Positions 48,736-58,100 are shown, numbered from the stretch's first letter. The stretch: 64,000 bases of DNA from Eubacteriales bacterium (GCA_045631145.1 JAZQUE010000074.1:3065-67064), one strand, 5' to 3'. The notes: a model not told the origin generated them from the letters alone. Made by a program: numbers and translations.

Positions 48736-48765
48736 TGCTATAATTGTTAGAAAATTACTGTGGCA

Positions 48766-48796
48766 CAAAATTATTCAAAATGATTATAATATAATC
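48766..48796 (-). promoter_or_regulatory. candidate promoter of metK operon with palindromic operator
   Basis: CAAAATTA (48766-48773), 8 nt, then GATTATAATATAATC (48782-48796); same layout as 16235-16265. Confidence 0.55.
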
Positions 48797-48820
48797 ACAT
48801 TTGAGGCAAAAAAAGGGGTT

Positions 48821-49195
48821 TTAGGGGGTAGAATCACCCGAAATTGCCGTTTTTATGAGATTTAGGGTTGCGGTCTTGTATAAATCATCAGGCGTGACAC
48901 GGAACACCCGCCAACCCATTAGCGTTGCGGTATTGTACTTCTCGATGTCGCCGAGGAAACCCTGTGGGGAGGTGTGTCGTCCTCCCGTCCATACGCCGCC
49001 CTCTACCTCGAGGGCTATTTTGTGTTCGAGGATAGCATAGTCAAAACGCCATTTCCTGACGGGGTGAAATTTATGCTCCTTGACAACGTCGATATGGAGG
49101 TCTGTTTTGCAGATGATTGTGAAAACGTCCCTTATTTTTTGCTGATTCGCCGTCTGTCGGCTTTTCTTCTTCGATTGGTATGTTTGCTTATCCAT
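48821..49195 (-). CDS. PDDEXK endonuclease-like protein (Vsr/DUF559-like)
   Basis: RKWRFDYAILEHKIALEVEGGVWTGGRH...KYNTATLMGWRVFRVTP. Confidence 0.65.
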   Translation of the reverse strand: MDKQTYQSKKKSRQTANQQKIRDVFTIICKTDLHIDVVKEHKFHPVRKWRFDYAILEHKIALEVEGGVWTGGRHTSPQGFLGDIEKYNTATLMGWRVFRVTPDDLYKTATLNLIKTAISGDSTP

Positions 49196-49286
49196 AGAAA
49201 GATGTTTTGAAATACGGGCTGATTTGGGCTTTGGACGACAAAACGGGGATTGCTCCCCGCCTTGCCTGTGTGAACCCGTGTCAGGT

Positions 49287-49658
49287 TTAGAACGGCAGAT
49301 CGTCGTCGTCAGCAAATGCCGTGTTGTCGAGTGTACCCGTTACGTTCATAGTCGCTTGCTTCTTCTCAATGGCGTGCATACCGCCGAGGATAGGAATAGC
49401 CTTGATTTGTTCCTCTGTCATTGCGTCCCGCTGTTCCTTTGGCAAATCCGCCTTGATACAGTGAGTGTCGCTGTACTTCGGTTCTTGCATTTCAATGGCT
49501 GTCAGGTTCAGGTAGCAGCCCTTTTCGCCGAGGAACATTCCGTCGCAATCATCGACAGGGATAATCAAGCAGCGTTTTACACTTGTCTTGCCTTGCAAGT
49601 TCTTCATAAATGCCCCCTTGAGTTTGAGGCAGTCGATTTTGATACCAAAATTGCTCAT
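49287..49658 (-). CDS. putative ssDNA-binding protein
   Basis: Replication-module position and acidic SSB-style C-terminal tail ...FADDDDLPF. Confidence 0.45.
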   Translation of the reverse strand: MSNFGIKIDCLKLKGAFMKNLQGKTSVKRCLIIPVDDCDGMFLGEKGCYLNLTAIEMQEPKYSDTHCIKADLPKEQRDAMTEEQIKAIPILGGMHAIEKKQATMNVTGTLDNTAFADDDDLPF

Positions 49659-49679
49659 AGTGTCTAAAAATTAAATGGT

Positions 49680-50537
49680 TTATACTAAATTGAACTCAAT
49701 CTTCGAGAGATTCTTCTGAAACTTAATCATCGCCGTTTCAATAACAGGCGTTATCTTGATTTCATTATTGCCGAGGTAAGCGTCCATACAGGTGTAAAGC
49801 TCGTCGATACAGGGCAGATGTCCCTCACGAGCTTCCCCAAGCTTCTGTGCTATCATAGCTGTCATACGGTTTTCGTGCTTGCGTACCTCACGGCAGAACA
49901 TCATCGAGAGGAAAGCGTATGTTCGCATTTCGTCGTACTCGATTTTCAGGTGTTGGCGGTTGATTTCATTGCAGGTCGAATAATAAAGGATTTGGAAGTC
50001 AAACGCACACACGTTGATGAGCTCATCTGCCTGTGAGAGTATCTTATTCAGGTGCTCCCTGTCAAGGTCTTTGCTCAACTGTACGAGATAGTGTTCCCTT
50101 AGTTGCTTTACCGTGCGTGAGAGCTTCTTCACCTCGGAGATACGCTTATCGGCACAATATCTTACCACCTTATCGGCATAAACCCACGCCACCTGTGCAA
50201 TGATGAGCGGAACGAATGCTATCTGTACGTGCTCCTCGAAAGTGAAGCTCTCCATAAGTGCTTTGGTGTCGGCGTTGCACTGTTCCTTGAACTGCTTTTC
50301 CTGTACCTCGGCGGGAGTGCGTACCTCCCAAGTGAAACGCTCTGCGTTGCAGCGGACAGTCTTGTGCTTCTTCCTGTCCTTGTCAATAACGAGAACCGTC
50401 GCCCCGCTTTTGAGCTGCTCAACCCTGTTCACGTGGTATATTCCGCCCACCTTAATTTCGGGCTGTACCTTGTCGCTTACCTTGCGGGCTGTTATCTCTA
50501 TGAAGTCGCCCGCCTTTGCTGCTGTTTTCTTTGCCAT
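49680..50537 (-). CDS. hypothetical phage protein
   Basis: Intact 285-aa ORF in early operon. Confidence 0.5.
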   Translation of the reverse strand: MAKKTAAKAGDFIEITARKVSDKVQPEIKVGGIYHVNRVEQLKSGATVLVIDKDRKKHKTVRCNAERFTWEVRTPAEVQEKQFKEQCNADTKALMESFTFEEHVQIAFVPLIIAQVAWVYADKVVRYCADKRISEVKKLSRTVKQLREHYLVQLSKDLDREHLNKILSQADELINVCAFDFQILYYSTCNEINRQHLKIEYDEMRTYAFLSMMFCREVRKHENRMTAMIAQKLGEAREGHLPCIDELYTCMDAYLGNNEIKITPVIETAMIKFQKNLSKIEFNLV

Positions 50538-50593
50538 AATCTGTTATTTTTGAGGTCATTTTATACTTGTTTATTTTATTTGCGTTCAGCCCG

Positions 50594-51163
50594 TCAATAC
50601 CCTTTCCCGTGCTTTTTCGGGCGTGTCCTGTTGTAAGCCATTTTCAGCTCGATATGGGTACGGAGGTCAATCTCTTTCTGTGCTGCAAGAGTGCATATCA
50701 TTGAAAGTGAATAGTTTAGCCTGACATACAGGTCGTCAGCCGTTCCTCCTCCTGCTATAAATCTGCAAATGGTAAGGATATTTTCCGTGAACAATTTCGT
50801 GGGTTCTATCTCGACCGTCTGCTGTCCGCCGAAGTCCAAATCAATGTTCCGAAGCCCTGCGAGGTCGCAAATACGTATGCAAGCGTCTGCAAGTTCATCC
50901 TCGACTGTATCTTTGACATACAGGAGGAAATTCTTTTCAAAGAGCCGTCCATAAGCCTTTAGAAACTTTACTGCCCCTTGGTCTGCCCGAAGACCTTTTC
51001 TGTCAGCTTCGACCGCTTCCATAAGCTCTGATATAATCAAGCACTTCAAATGGTCATCGCTTTGCTCCTGTTCGTGGAAGCCGTGTTCTTTGGCTATCCT
51101 GTACGCTTCCTCTTTGTACATATTGAAATTCATATTCTCCTCCTTTCGTAATAATGTCCGCAA
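50594..51163 (-). CDS. MazG-like pyrophosphohydrolase family candidate
   Basis: ISELMEAVEADRKGLRAD...VKDTVEDELADACIRICDLAG (ExxE...ExxD pattern). Confidence 0.55.
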   Translation of the reverse strand: MRTLLRKEENMNFNMYKEEAYRIAKEHGFHEQEQSDDHLKCLIISELMEAVEADRKGLRADQGAVKFLKAYGRLFEKNFLLYVKDTVEDELADACIRICDLAGLRNIDLDFGGQQTVEIEPTKLFTENILTICRFIAGGGTADDLYVRLNYSLSMICTLAAQKEIDLRTHIELKMAYNRTRPKKHGKGY

Positions 51164-51621
51164 ACGAACATATCTTCTGTTACCTGTTGGGTGGGGTTGT
51201 TACCGCCCGCCATATAGCAAGCTCCTTTCTTGTAGAAATAGCAGGTTGAGCATTTTTCCGCCCTTTGCTTCTTGGCTGCTTCTATGCTTATAATCTTGTC
51301 ATAGAAGCTGTACGTCGGCTTCCCTCCCCAAAAACAGGGACGTAGTTCGCCTTTCTTTCCAATCGCATAACCTGTGAGCATACCCGCAACCTGATACTGT
51401 CGACCGAGCTTGTTTTTCGGCTTGGCTGCATACTCGGGCATCATTCTTGACCGTGTTTCCTCGGTTACCTCGAGTTTTACGATTACCTGTTGATACTTTC
51501 TGAACGGGAACGGTAGCCGCTCCTCTGTGTACTGCCATTCGGCTTTGTTCAATTCTGCGTAAGCCTCGGAAACTTTCTGTTCCTTTTCCTGTCGCAGCTT
51601 CTGTAATTCTTCAAATGTCAT
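51130..51621 (-). CDS. hypothetical protein with Cys cluster
   Basis: CSTCYFYKKGACYMAGGNNPTQQ...CGHYYERR. Confidence 0.5.
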   Translation of the reverse strand: MTFEELQKLRQEKEQKVSEAYAELNKAEWQYTEERLPFPFRKYQQVIVKLEVTEETRSRMMPEYAAKPKNKLGRQYQVAGMLTGYAIGKKGELRPCFWGGKPTYSFYDKIISIEAAKKQRAEKCSTCYFYKKGACYMAGGNNPTQQVTEDMFVCGHYYERRRI

Positions 51622-51639
51622 ACGCTGTATATTTGGTTA

Positions 51640-53493
51640 TTAAAATGGGCAATCATCTTCGGGGAGGTCGTCGAAGTCAAACACGGATGCTGCTTCGGCT
51701 TCCTCATAACGTCTGCGGGCTTCTTCCTGTAAATGGTTGGTATTGTCCCAATCAGGTTCAGAACCGCCCGTATAAGGGCTGTAACGCCCGTTGTTCAGGT
51801 TGTATTTGAATTGTGCCATACCGCACTCTCCGAGGTGTCGGAACTTCACTTTCTGAATGTGAACCTCCGTGATGTTCTCAATGCGGTTTCGATGTACGAC
51901 GATACCGAAGTCCGCTTTGTTATAGAAGTTAGCTGAACCGCTGATGTCATACAGGGTCGGGGTTTCTATAATACCGTCTTTGTTCTTCGGCATTTTTGTC
52001 GGGTGTGCCATAAGGATAATCAGAATGTCATTCTGCTGTGCGAAATTCGTCAGACGGTCGAGCGTTTCGCTGATGTATAGCGTTTCATTACGTCCTCCGC
52101 TGTGTTGGTTCTCCAAACGGTTGTACGGGTCAATCACGAGGGCTTTTATACCCTTGCGTCTTACGAGGAATTTTGCTTTTTCGAGAATGGTTTCAAGCCT
52201 GAAATCATTGTGCGGGCTGATAAAGAAGAAGTCCTGTTCGAGGTGTTCCTTTACCTGTCTGTATTCCCCGTAGCCGAGGTGCTGCTTGTCGAACTTCTTT
52301 CCCGTGAACTTTTCTATCAGCTTCGAGGCGTGATAGGCGAGCGGGGCGTTCTCGGGGCTGAAAAAAGCGAACCTCCAACCGTAACGCATATTCAGGCGTT
52401 CAGCTATTTCGTCGATGAACTCCGACTTACCGCTGCCTGGAATACCTGTCACGATACAGAGGCGTTTGGTCTCGAAAGAACACAGGCGGTCGAAGTTGTC
52501 GTGCCCGATTGTTACGCCTTTCTGCATACCGAACTCAAACAGTGCGTCGAGCGACTGTTCAAAGTCCTGTATAGTGAAAACCCCCTCAATCTTCGTTTCG
52601 GGAGCGTCAGCGAGGCATTTCAACAGGCTTTCCCGTCCGAACTTTATCAGGTGTTCGTTAGCGTCCTTGCAGCCCTCGCCATACTCCAACACTCGGCAGC
52701 GTTCAACGCCGAAGCGACGGAGAAGCTCGTCCCGAAGTTCCACGCCCTTTGTATCGGTGTCCGAGGCAATGTAGATAACGTCCTTATCATCGAAATACTC
52801 CTCGATGTAGTCGTCGAGGTAGGAGAGGTTGGCGTTAGCCCCGTTCGGAACGCTGATCACGTCGGTTCGTCCGCACTCAACGAAAGAAAGAGCGTCCATT
52901 TCCCCCTCCGTTATGATACACTCGTTCTTGCCTTTGATACCGTCGATATTGTACGGCAGGAGTTCCGCCCCTGAACAGAGCTTGAAGCATTTGTCCCCTG
53001 TGCGGAACTTCGTGTTCACGAGCTGCCCGCCCTTGTAGTAGTTGAATTGAATCGTATTCGCCTGTCCGTTCTTCTGCGGCATAAACTCCATACCCTCTGT
53101 AACTCTCATCGCCGTGAGCGTAGCAGGGCTTATGCCTCGTCCCTTGAACCAAGCGAGAGCCTTTTCACTCAACGCCGAGCTGCCTGTCCGTGTGGGCTTC
53201 TTGTAGGTCGGCTTCTGATGTTTGAGCGGAGCGGGGTTGTAGAACGGCTTCTTCCATTCCTCCTGTTCACGCTCGGCAGCGCAACCGCTATACCCGCAGT
53301 AGTGGCAGTTGAACATTCCCGTAGAGAGGTCACAGGAAAGGCTCTTGTCACGCTTGTCGTGGCGTTGGTCTCTGCACTGCGGGCAGTGTACTTTCACGTT
53401 CCCTGATGTCCTGTTATACGGGATGTCAATGCCGTATTTCTTCCAATCCATTCGTGTCATAAGATTATCCATTGAGAGGTTGAAGTATTCCAA
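51640..53493 (-). CDS. bifunctional primase-helicase (T7 gp4-like)
   Basis: Zn finger CPQCRDQ...CHYCGYSG, Toprim IITEGEMDALSF, DnaB-like GIPGSGKSEFIDEIA. Confidence 0.88.
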   Translation of the reverse strand: MEYFNLSMDNLMTRMDWKKYGIDIPYNRTSGNVKVHCPQCRDQRHDKRDKSLSCDLSTGMFNCHYCGYSGCAAEREQEEWKKPFYNPAPLKHQKPTYKKPTRTGSSALSEKALAWFKGRGISPATLTAMRVTEGMEFMPQKNGQANTIQFNYYKGGQLVNTKFRTGDKCFKLCSGAELLPYNIDGIKGKNECIITEGEMDALSFVECGRTDVISVPNGANANLSYLDDYIEEYFDDKDVIYIASDTDTKGVELRDELLRRFGVERCRVLEYGEGCKDANEHLIKFGRESLLKCLADAPETKIEGVFTIQDFEQSLDALFEFGMQKGVTIGHDNFDRLCSFETKRLCIVTGIPGSGKSEFIDEIAERLNMRYGWRFAFFSPENAPLAYHASKLIEKFTGKKFDKQHLGYGEYRQVKEHLEQDFFFISPHNDFRLETILEKAKFLVRRKGIKALVIDPYNRLENQHSGGRNETLYISETLDRLTNFAQQNDILIILMAHPTKMPKNKDGIIETPTLYDISGSANFYNKADFGIVVHRNRIENITEVHIQKVKFRHLGECGMAQFKYNLNNGRYSPYTGGSEPDWDNTNHLQEEARRRYEEAEAASVFDFDDLPEDDCPF

Positions 53494-54407
53494 GCGTGAC
53501 GCTCACTCGGGCGTGGCGGTGCGTCGTTGGGGATTGTCGCCCGTCCTGTGCCGTATGTGCGTCGTCCTGTTGCGTCGATAAACTCACCTACGCCGAGCTG
53601 TATGTTCGCCTGTTGTGGGGCTTGTTTGCTTCCTCTGTTGTTGTCATAGTTGCCCTCCATGACCTTTACCCAATTTTTCGGGCTGTCAAACACCCAATCG
53701 AATGTTGCCGTCCATTGATGATTGTTGTTGCCCCGAAGAAAATCAGAAGCGGCAATTCTTTCAAACAGGGCTTCAATGGTCGGCATCCATTCTTCCTGTT
53801 TGCCGAACTCCTGTAAACGAGCCTTGATTTTATTGCGTCGTGCCTCCGAGAGCTTCTGTACTTTCGGGAGGAACGCCCCGCAGATAGAGTTCCACTTGTC
53901 GGCAATATCCTGATAAGGATATCTAACTCTATTCTCTTCTATTCTATTTTCTTCTAATCTATTCTCTTCTATTATGTTATCTGATGTTATAACATTGTTA
54001 TCGGGTGCTATATCCTTGTTACGGTTTCCCCAACGTGAAGACATACCACGTTTGCCCGCTTCTGAACGGCGTTGGAAGCGTTCGATAATGCTTTGGAAAC
54101 GGCGTTGGTGTGCTGTGCTGAACAGGCGGGTGCCGTCCTGTTGCAGAAGCCCGATTTTACAACAGTAGTCCACGATTTCGGATAACTCCTGTACTGACAC
54201 GTCAAAATCAGCGGCGAGGAGTTCTTTCGTCACATCGTCATACCCGATTTCAAACGCTTCAACATCAGTCAGAACCTCCAAGAGATAGTTCCACACGGCA
54301 TACCCTGTGTGAGAGAATTTTCGGCGGAGAGCCTTTATCTTCACGTCGTTTCGCATATCAGCGTCGTGCGTGAAGTATTGAGCCGCAAGTTTACCATTTA
54401 GTGCCAT
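53457..54407 (-). CDS. DUF4373 / replication-initiator-like protein
   Basis: FTHDADMRNDVKIKALRRKFSHTGYAVWNYLLEVL plus IEENRLEENRIEENR hinge. Confidence 0.75.
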   Translation of the reverse strand: MALNGKLAAQYFTHDADMRNDVKIKALRRKFSHTGYAVWNYLLEVLTDVEAFEIGYDDVTKELLAADFDVSVQELSEIVDYCCKIGLLQQDGTRLFSTAHQRRFQSIIERFQRRSEAGKRGMSSRWGNRNKDIAPDNNVITSDNIIEENRLEENRIEENRVRYPYQDIADKWNSICGAFLPKVQKLSEARRNKIKARLQEFGKQEEWMPTIEALFERIAASDFLRGNNNHQWTATFDWVFDSPKNWVKVMEGNYDNNRGSKQAPQQANIQLGVGEFIDATGRRTYGTGRATIPNDAPPRPSERHAWNTSTSQWIIL

Positions 54408-54416
54408 AACTATGAT

Positions 54417-55838
54417 TTATTGAATTGTTGCTATGATTGATTTCCTGAGTTTCTCATTCTTGGCACTCCATTCAAAATTGTTCAACATCCATTGCCGATA
54501 GTTCAACGGAATGTCGCAAATGCGTTCGCCCTTGTATTTTCCGAAAGGCATTATCTCAATCGGCTGCTCGGCTTGCTTGTCAATGGCTGCAGTGTCCTCA
54601 CGGGTTATCTTCCCGATGTCAGTTATCGGAATGCCGCTCAACAGGCGACCGCCTGTCCCGAACATTCGCCATATCTTGCCTTGCTCGAAAGTGATGTCCT
54701 CGACACGTCCGAAGCGTGAAACATTACCGCCCAAATCAACTATCAGTGCGTCCTCCTTGCCCTCGTCAATACGGGTGGCACGTCCGATAATCTGATAGTA
54801 CAGGGCTATGGAGGCTGTCGATATTCCGAGGATAATACAGTCAATGCCTGTATAGTCGAAACCTGTCGAAAGCACCCGCACGTTAAAAATTACCCTGATT
54901 CTGCCCGCTTTGAACTCGTTGATAATGTTTGCCCTCTCTGCGGGCTTCATATCGCCGTAAATCACAGCAGAACCCGTGTAGCGGTGCGATAAGTCGATTG
55001 CGTCCTGTACCGAGGGACAGAACACGAGGATATGCTGCCTGTCCGTGTGCTTGTCGAGGGCTTCGATTATACCCTGTTCCCCTCCGTTGGCTTCATAAGC
55101 CCGCAGGACGCTGTCCTCCGTGAACTCCGATTTCGAGGTGTTGTAAACCAACATACTGCTGTCGAAGTCGGCGGCTTCATAGCGGAGTTTGCTCCAAAAG
55201 CCGAGCTGTACCATTTCAGATACCTGTCCGACGTGGATAATGTCTTTATAGAAATTGCCTTTCTTGCTGCGTGATGTCAGCATAACGAGCTTTGAGAATG
55301 TGCCGCCGTCCTGATCATAGTTCTGTTGGAGCTTTACAGGCGTTGCGGTTATACCGAGGACGTGTGTTATCCCGCTGTCAGCGAGGAAACGTCCTAACAT
55401 ACTGTCAGCCTCACGGGGATATAGGTGTGCCTCGTCGATGAGTACTTTCGTGAAGCCCATTTCCTTGAACTGCGCCCCGAGGTTCTTTATCGAGCCGATT
55501 GTAGCGTAGGTTATCTGTGCGATTTCCTTTCGCCCGAATGAAGCCGAGTAAATGCCCGCATTCACAGCGAAACCGTCACACAGGGCGTAGTACTTCTTGA
55601 TGTTCTGTTCCAACAGCTCCTTTGAGGGTTGGAGAACCAAGAGCCTGTCGTTACAGTTCATTGCGACAAAAGCCGTCAGGATTGATTTGCCCCACGCTGT
55701 TGGCAGGACTATCAAACTTGGCTTCGGCTTCTGCTGCTTGAAGAACTCAATCGCTTTCTGTATCGGTTCGGTTTGGTTTGACCGTAATTGTATCATTGTT
55801 GCTATGAGAAAAGGAAAGCCGCACGTAGGGCTAACCAC
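54417..55838 (-). CDS. SF2 DNA helicase
   Basis: LPTAWGKSILTAFVAM, VLIDEAHLYP, VLSTGFDYTGIDCIILG, QIIGRATRIDEGK. Confidence 0.88.
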   Translation of the reverse strand: MVSPTCGFPFLIATMIQLRSNQTEPIQKAIEFFKQQKPKPSLIVLPTAWGKSILTAFVAMNCNDRLLVLQPSKELLEQNIKKYYALCDGFAVNAGIYSASFGRKEIAQITYATIGSIKNLGAQFKEMGFTKVLIDEAHLYPREADSMLGRFLADSGITHVLGITATPVKLQQNYDQDGGTFSKLVMLTSRSKKGNFYKDIIHVGQVSEMVQLGFWSKLRYEAADFDSSMLVYNTSKSEFTEDSVLRAYEANGGEQGIIEALDKHTDRQHILVFCPSVQDAIDLSHRYTGSAVIYGDMKPAERANIINEFKAGRIRVIFNVRVLSTGFDYTGIDCIILGISTASIALYYQIIGRATRIDEGKEDALIVDLGGNVSRFGRVEDITFEQGKIWRMFGTGGRLLSGIPITDIGKITREDTAAIDKQAEQPIEIMPFGKYKGERICDIPLNYRQWMLNNFEWSAKNEKLRKSIIATIQ

Positions 55839-55938
55839 GCATAACAGTTGCGTCGGGCTTCCTTTCGGAGCAGCCCACCCGTGTGCGGCTTTGTATATAT
55901 TTCAACGATGAATCTCATATCTGTTCTTTTGGTTATCG

Positions 55939-55965
55939 CAAAGTTAAAACGATTATATTATAATC
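55939..55965 (-). promoter_or_regulatory. candidate promoter with palindromic operator
   Basis: CAAAGTTA 55939-55946 and GATTATATTATAATC 55951-55965, upstream of the 55838 helicase gene. Confidence 0.45.
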
Positions 55966-56173
55966 ACTTTTGATTTCGAGAATTTTTTAACCGTTCAGGT
56001 AAATCAGAGGGCGAAAACGGCTGTTTCTTCATCAACTCCCTACGGAGTATCTTCGCTCGTCGGCATAGGTTGAACACCCGTGTATTGCTGCTGCTCACGT
56101 CCTTGTTGCTCTCACACAGGTAGTCGATATAGCGGATAATCTCGTCACGCTGTTGGTTAGATATTGCAATCAT
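55964..56173 (-). CDS. hypothetical small protein
   Basis: 69-aa ORF in early operon. Confidence 0.45.
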   Translation of the reverse strand: MIAISNQQRDEIIRYIDYLCESNKDVSSSNTRVFNLCRRAKILRRELMKKQPFSPSDLPERLKNSRNQK

Positions 56174-56192
56174 TTTCGCTCTGTTTTACGGG

Positions 56193-57134
56193 TTATTTCA
56201 ACAGGAAGCGTCGAGCCCCTGTAACGGTCTTTGTAAACTCTCTCGCAAGGTCAGGATGTGCGGCTTGAAAAGCCTTTGCGTCGAACTTCTCACTGTCTTT
56301 CGGGGCTTTCCAAGTAGCGATTGTCTGTCCCCCGTAGCTGATAGCCTCTGCGTCACCGAAACCGAGCTTAATGCGTCCCTCCAATTCCTCTTTGCGTTCT
56401 TCGAGGCGGGAGAGTTCTTCTTTTACCCCTTTCAGTTGATTGTAGGCTTCAAAGATTTCCTCCGTCACTTCGAGAACCTTGCCCGCTGTGTGGCGGTTGT
56501 ATTTCAGGAGAACGTCCTGTACGGAAACGGCTGACGGTTCTTGCTTTCCAAGGATATTGTCAGTCCAAAATCGCTCAACCTCCTCAACGAGCCAAGCGTA
56601 GAAGTCGGGAACGAGCATAAGGTCTTTATACCCGAACTCCCTGCCCTGTGTGAGCCAAGCGATACTGCCCTGTGTGAGTTCCGCTCCTCCGAGCTGATAC
56701 TGAACCTGACAGAACCAATGCTTCGGGAGGTCGTCCCCGTCAATGGCTTTCTGTGTTGTCTTACACTCCAAAATGCCCTTGTTTTGGTCGTTGTGCTTCA
56801 TACCCTCCAACCAATATGTACGGTCGGGAGAAACCTGTATAAACTGTTTCTCGTTGTTGCGGATAATCCAATCCCCGACAGAGCGTTTGATAACCTCACG
56901 TCCTGTTGCGTCCTGCCAAAACTGCGAAACAGCGTCCTCGAGGTAGTGTCCCGCTTTCATCGCAAAGGTTTCCTCTTTCGGAGCGTCAAGCCCGATTTTA
57001 CGTCTCCATAACTGATACGGGGTTTCCCAAGGGTTCAAGCCTACGATAGTGGCTACCTCGCTGCTGCCGATACCTGATTTTCTGAACTCCAACCATTCGG
57101 CACGGTCTTTCGGTCTGATAACTGTAACACTCAT
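56193..57134 (-). CDS. YqaJ-family viral recombinase / exonuclease
   Basis: RKSGIGSSEVATIVGLNPWETPYQLWRRKIG...MKAGHYLEDAVSQFW...GILECKT. Confidence 0.88.
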   Translation of the reverse strand: MSVTVIRPKDRAEWLEFRKSGIGSSEVATIVGLNPWETPYQLWRRKIGLDAPKEETFAMKAGHYLEDAVSQFWQDATGREVIKRSVGDWIIRNNEKQFIQVSPDRTYWLEGMKHNDQNKGILECKTTQKAIDGDDLPKHWFCQVQYQLGGAELTQGSIAWLTQGREFGYKDLMLVPDFYAWLVEEVERFWTDNILGKQEPSAVSVQDVLLKYNRHTAGKVLEVTEEIFEAYNQLKGVKEELSRLEERKEELEGRIKLGFGDAEAISYGGQTIATWKAPKDSEKFDAKAFQAAHPDLAREFTKTVTGARRFLLK

Positions 57135-57445
57135 TTCTGTTCCTCCTCTTCGATTTCGTTAATAACTTCGGCTGCAACCTTGCAGAATTTTTTCATCATA
57201 GATTCAGCGGCTAATTCCTTACAGGCTCTGCGAATGAGCTTTGGCAAATCAGGGCAATCTTTGAATGCTCCTTTCAACATTGCAACGATGTGCTCTCCTG
57301 AACCCGCTAACCCCGCTGATAATGAATACTGCTTGTGGGTTTCATCTGTTCCTGTCAGCTCTGTTGTCAGTACGATAATTGCTCTCTTGTCGTTGTCAGC
57401 TTCCTGCCATTTGGCGAGGTTTTCAATAAGTTCTTTACGTTCCAT
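57131..57445 (-). CDS. hypothetical early protein
   Basis: 104-aa ORF. Confidence 0.5.
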   Translation of the reverse strand: MERKELIENLAKWQEADNDKRAIIVLTTELTGTDETHKQYSLSAGLAGSGEHIVAMLKGAFKDCPDLPKLIRRACKELAAESMMKKFCKVAAEVINEIEEEEQK

Positions 57446-57503
57446 ATTATCTGTTTTTTACGGTTATGAAATATGGGAGAGCCGAAGCCCTCCCGATGAT
57501 ACT

Positions 57504-58079
57504 TTATGCGTCCTTGCGGGTTAGGAGATAGTCAGCCCAAATGCCGATGAACTGCTTGCCGCAGTACGTGGCGAGTTCGGGGGTTTTCAAGCAAAGGCGA
57601 GAGCCGACGCTCGCAAACGTATACGAGGGCACGAGATTCGAGTACGCAAAGGCGAAGCCAGCATAGTCTGTAACATAGTCGCCTGTGTTCATCATACGAC
57701 GGTCGTTCTTCTCGTCCTCGTCCATATCCTCAATTTCCTGTTCGGTGTAGAGCCAAAACCAAGGATAATAACGCCATTCCTCCGTTGTGAACTGTGGCTT
57801 CCAACCCTCATTCAACGCCTGTACGATGATACGGAGCTTGAAATATGCGAGGATATCAGGCTCAACATCAGAGTAACCGTCCTCCCAACCCTCGGGGTCG
57901 TTTATGCCTACCGCCTTTGCTGCGTCGGCAAACGTCTTGATACGTTCTGTTACAGGGCGATTATCCGCTGTCTGTGGGGTTTCAAACTGTGCTTCGGGGA
58001 AAAGAGCTTGAAGCATTTTTTTACCGCTGTCGTCGGCTGTATTATAAGCCGCAACGAGATTTTCTTTCTTGATTTCCAT
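57504..58079 (-). CDS. second DGR target protein (191 aa, early region)
   Basis: C-terminus DYAGFAFAYSNLVPSYTFASVGSRLCLKTPELATYCGKQFIGIWADY carries VR2. Confidence 0.8.
   Translation of the reverse strand: MEIKKENLVAAYNTADDSGKKMLQALFPEAQFETPQTADNRPVTERIKTFADAAKAVGINDPEGWEDGYSDVEPDILAYFKLRIIVQALNEGWKPQFTTEEWRYYPWFWLYTEQEIEDMDEDEKNDRRMMNTGDYVTDYAGFAFAYSNLVPSYTFASVGSRLCLKTPELATYCGKQFIGIWADYLLTRKDA
57599..57665 (-). repeat. DGR variable repeat VR2
   Basis: Gapless match to TR 22234-22300; 11 mismatches in 67 nt, all at template adenines; 19-nt IMH identical to VR1 (57590-57608 = 22772-22790). Confidence 0.88.
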
Positions 58080-58100
58080 TTTGTTGCTGATTATGGGTTA

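Noticed and set aside
52102-52974. 290-aa plus-strand ORF
   Set aside because: Antisense shadow of the primase-helicase gene.
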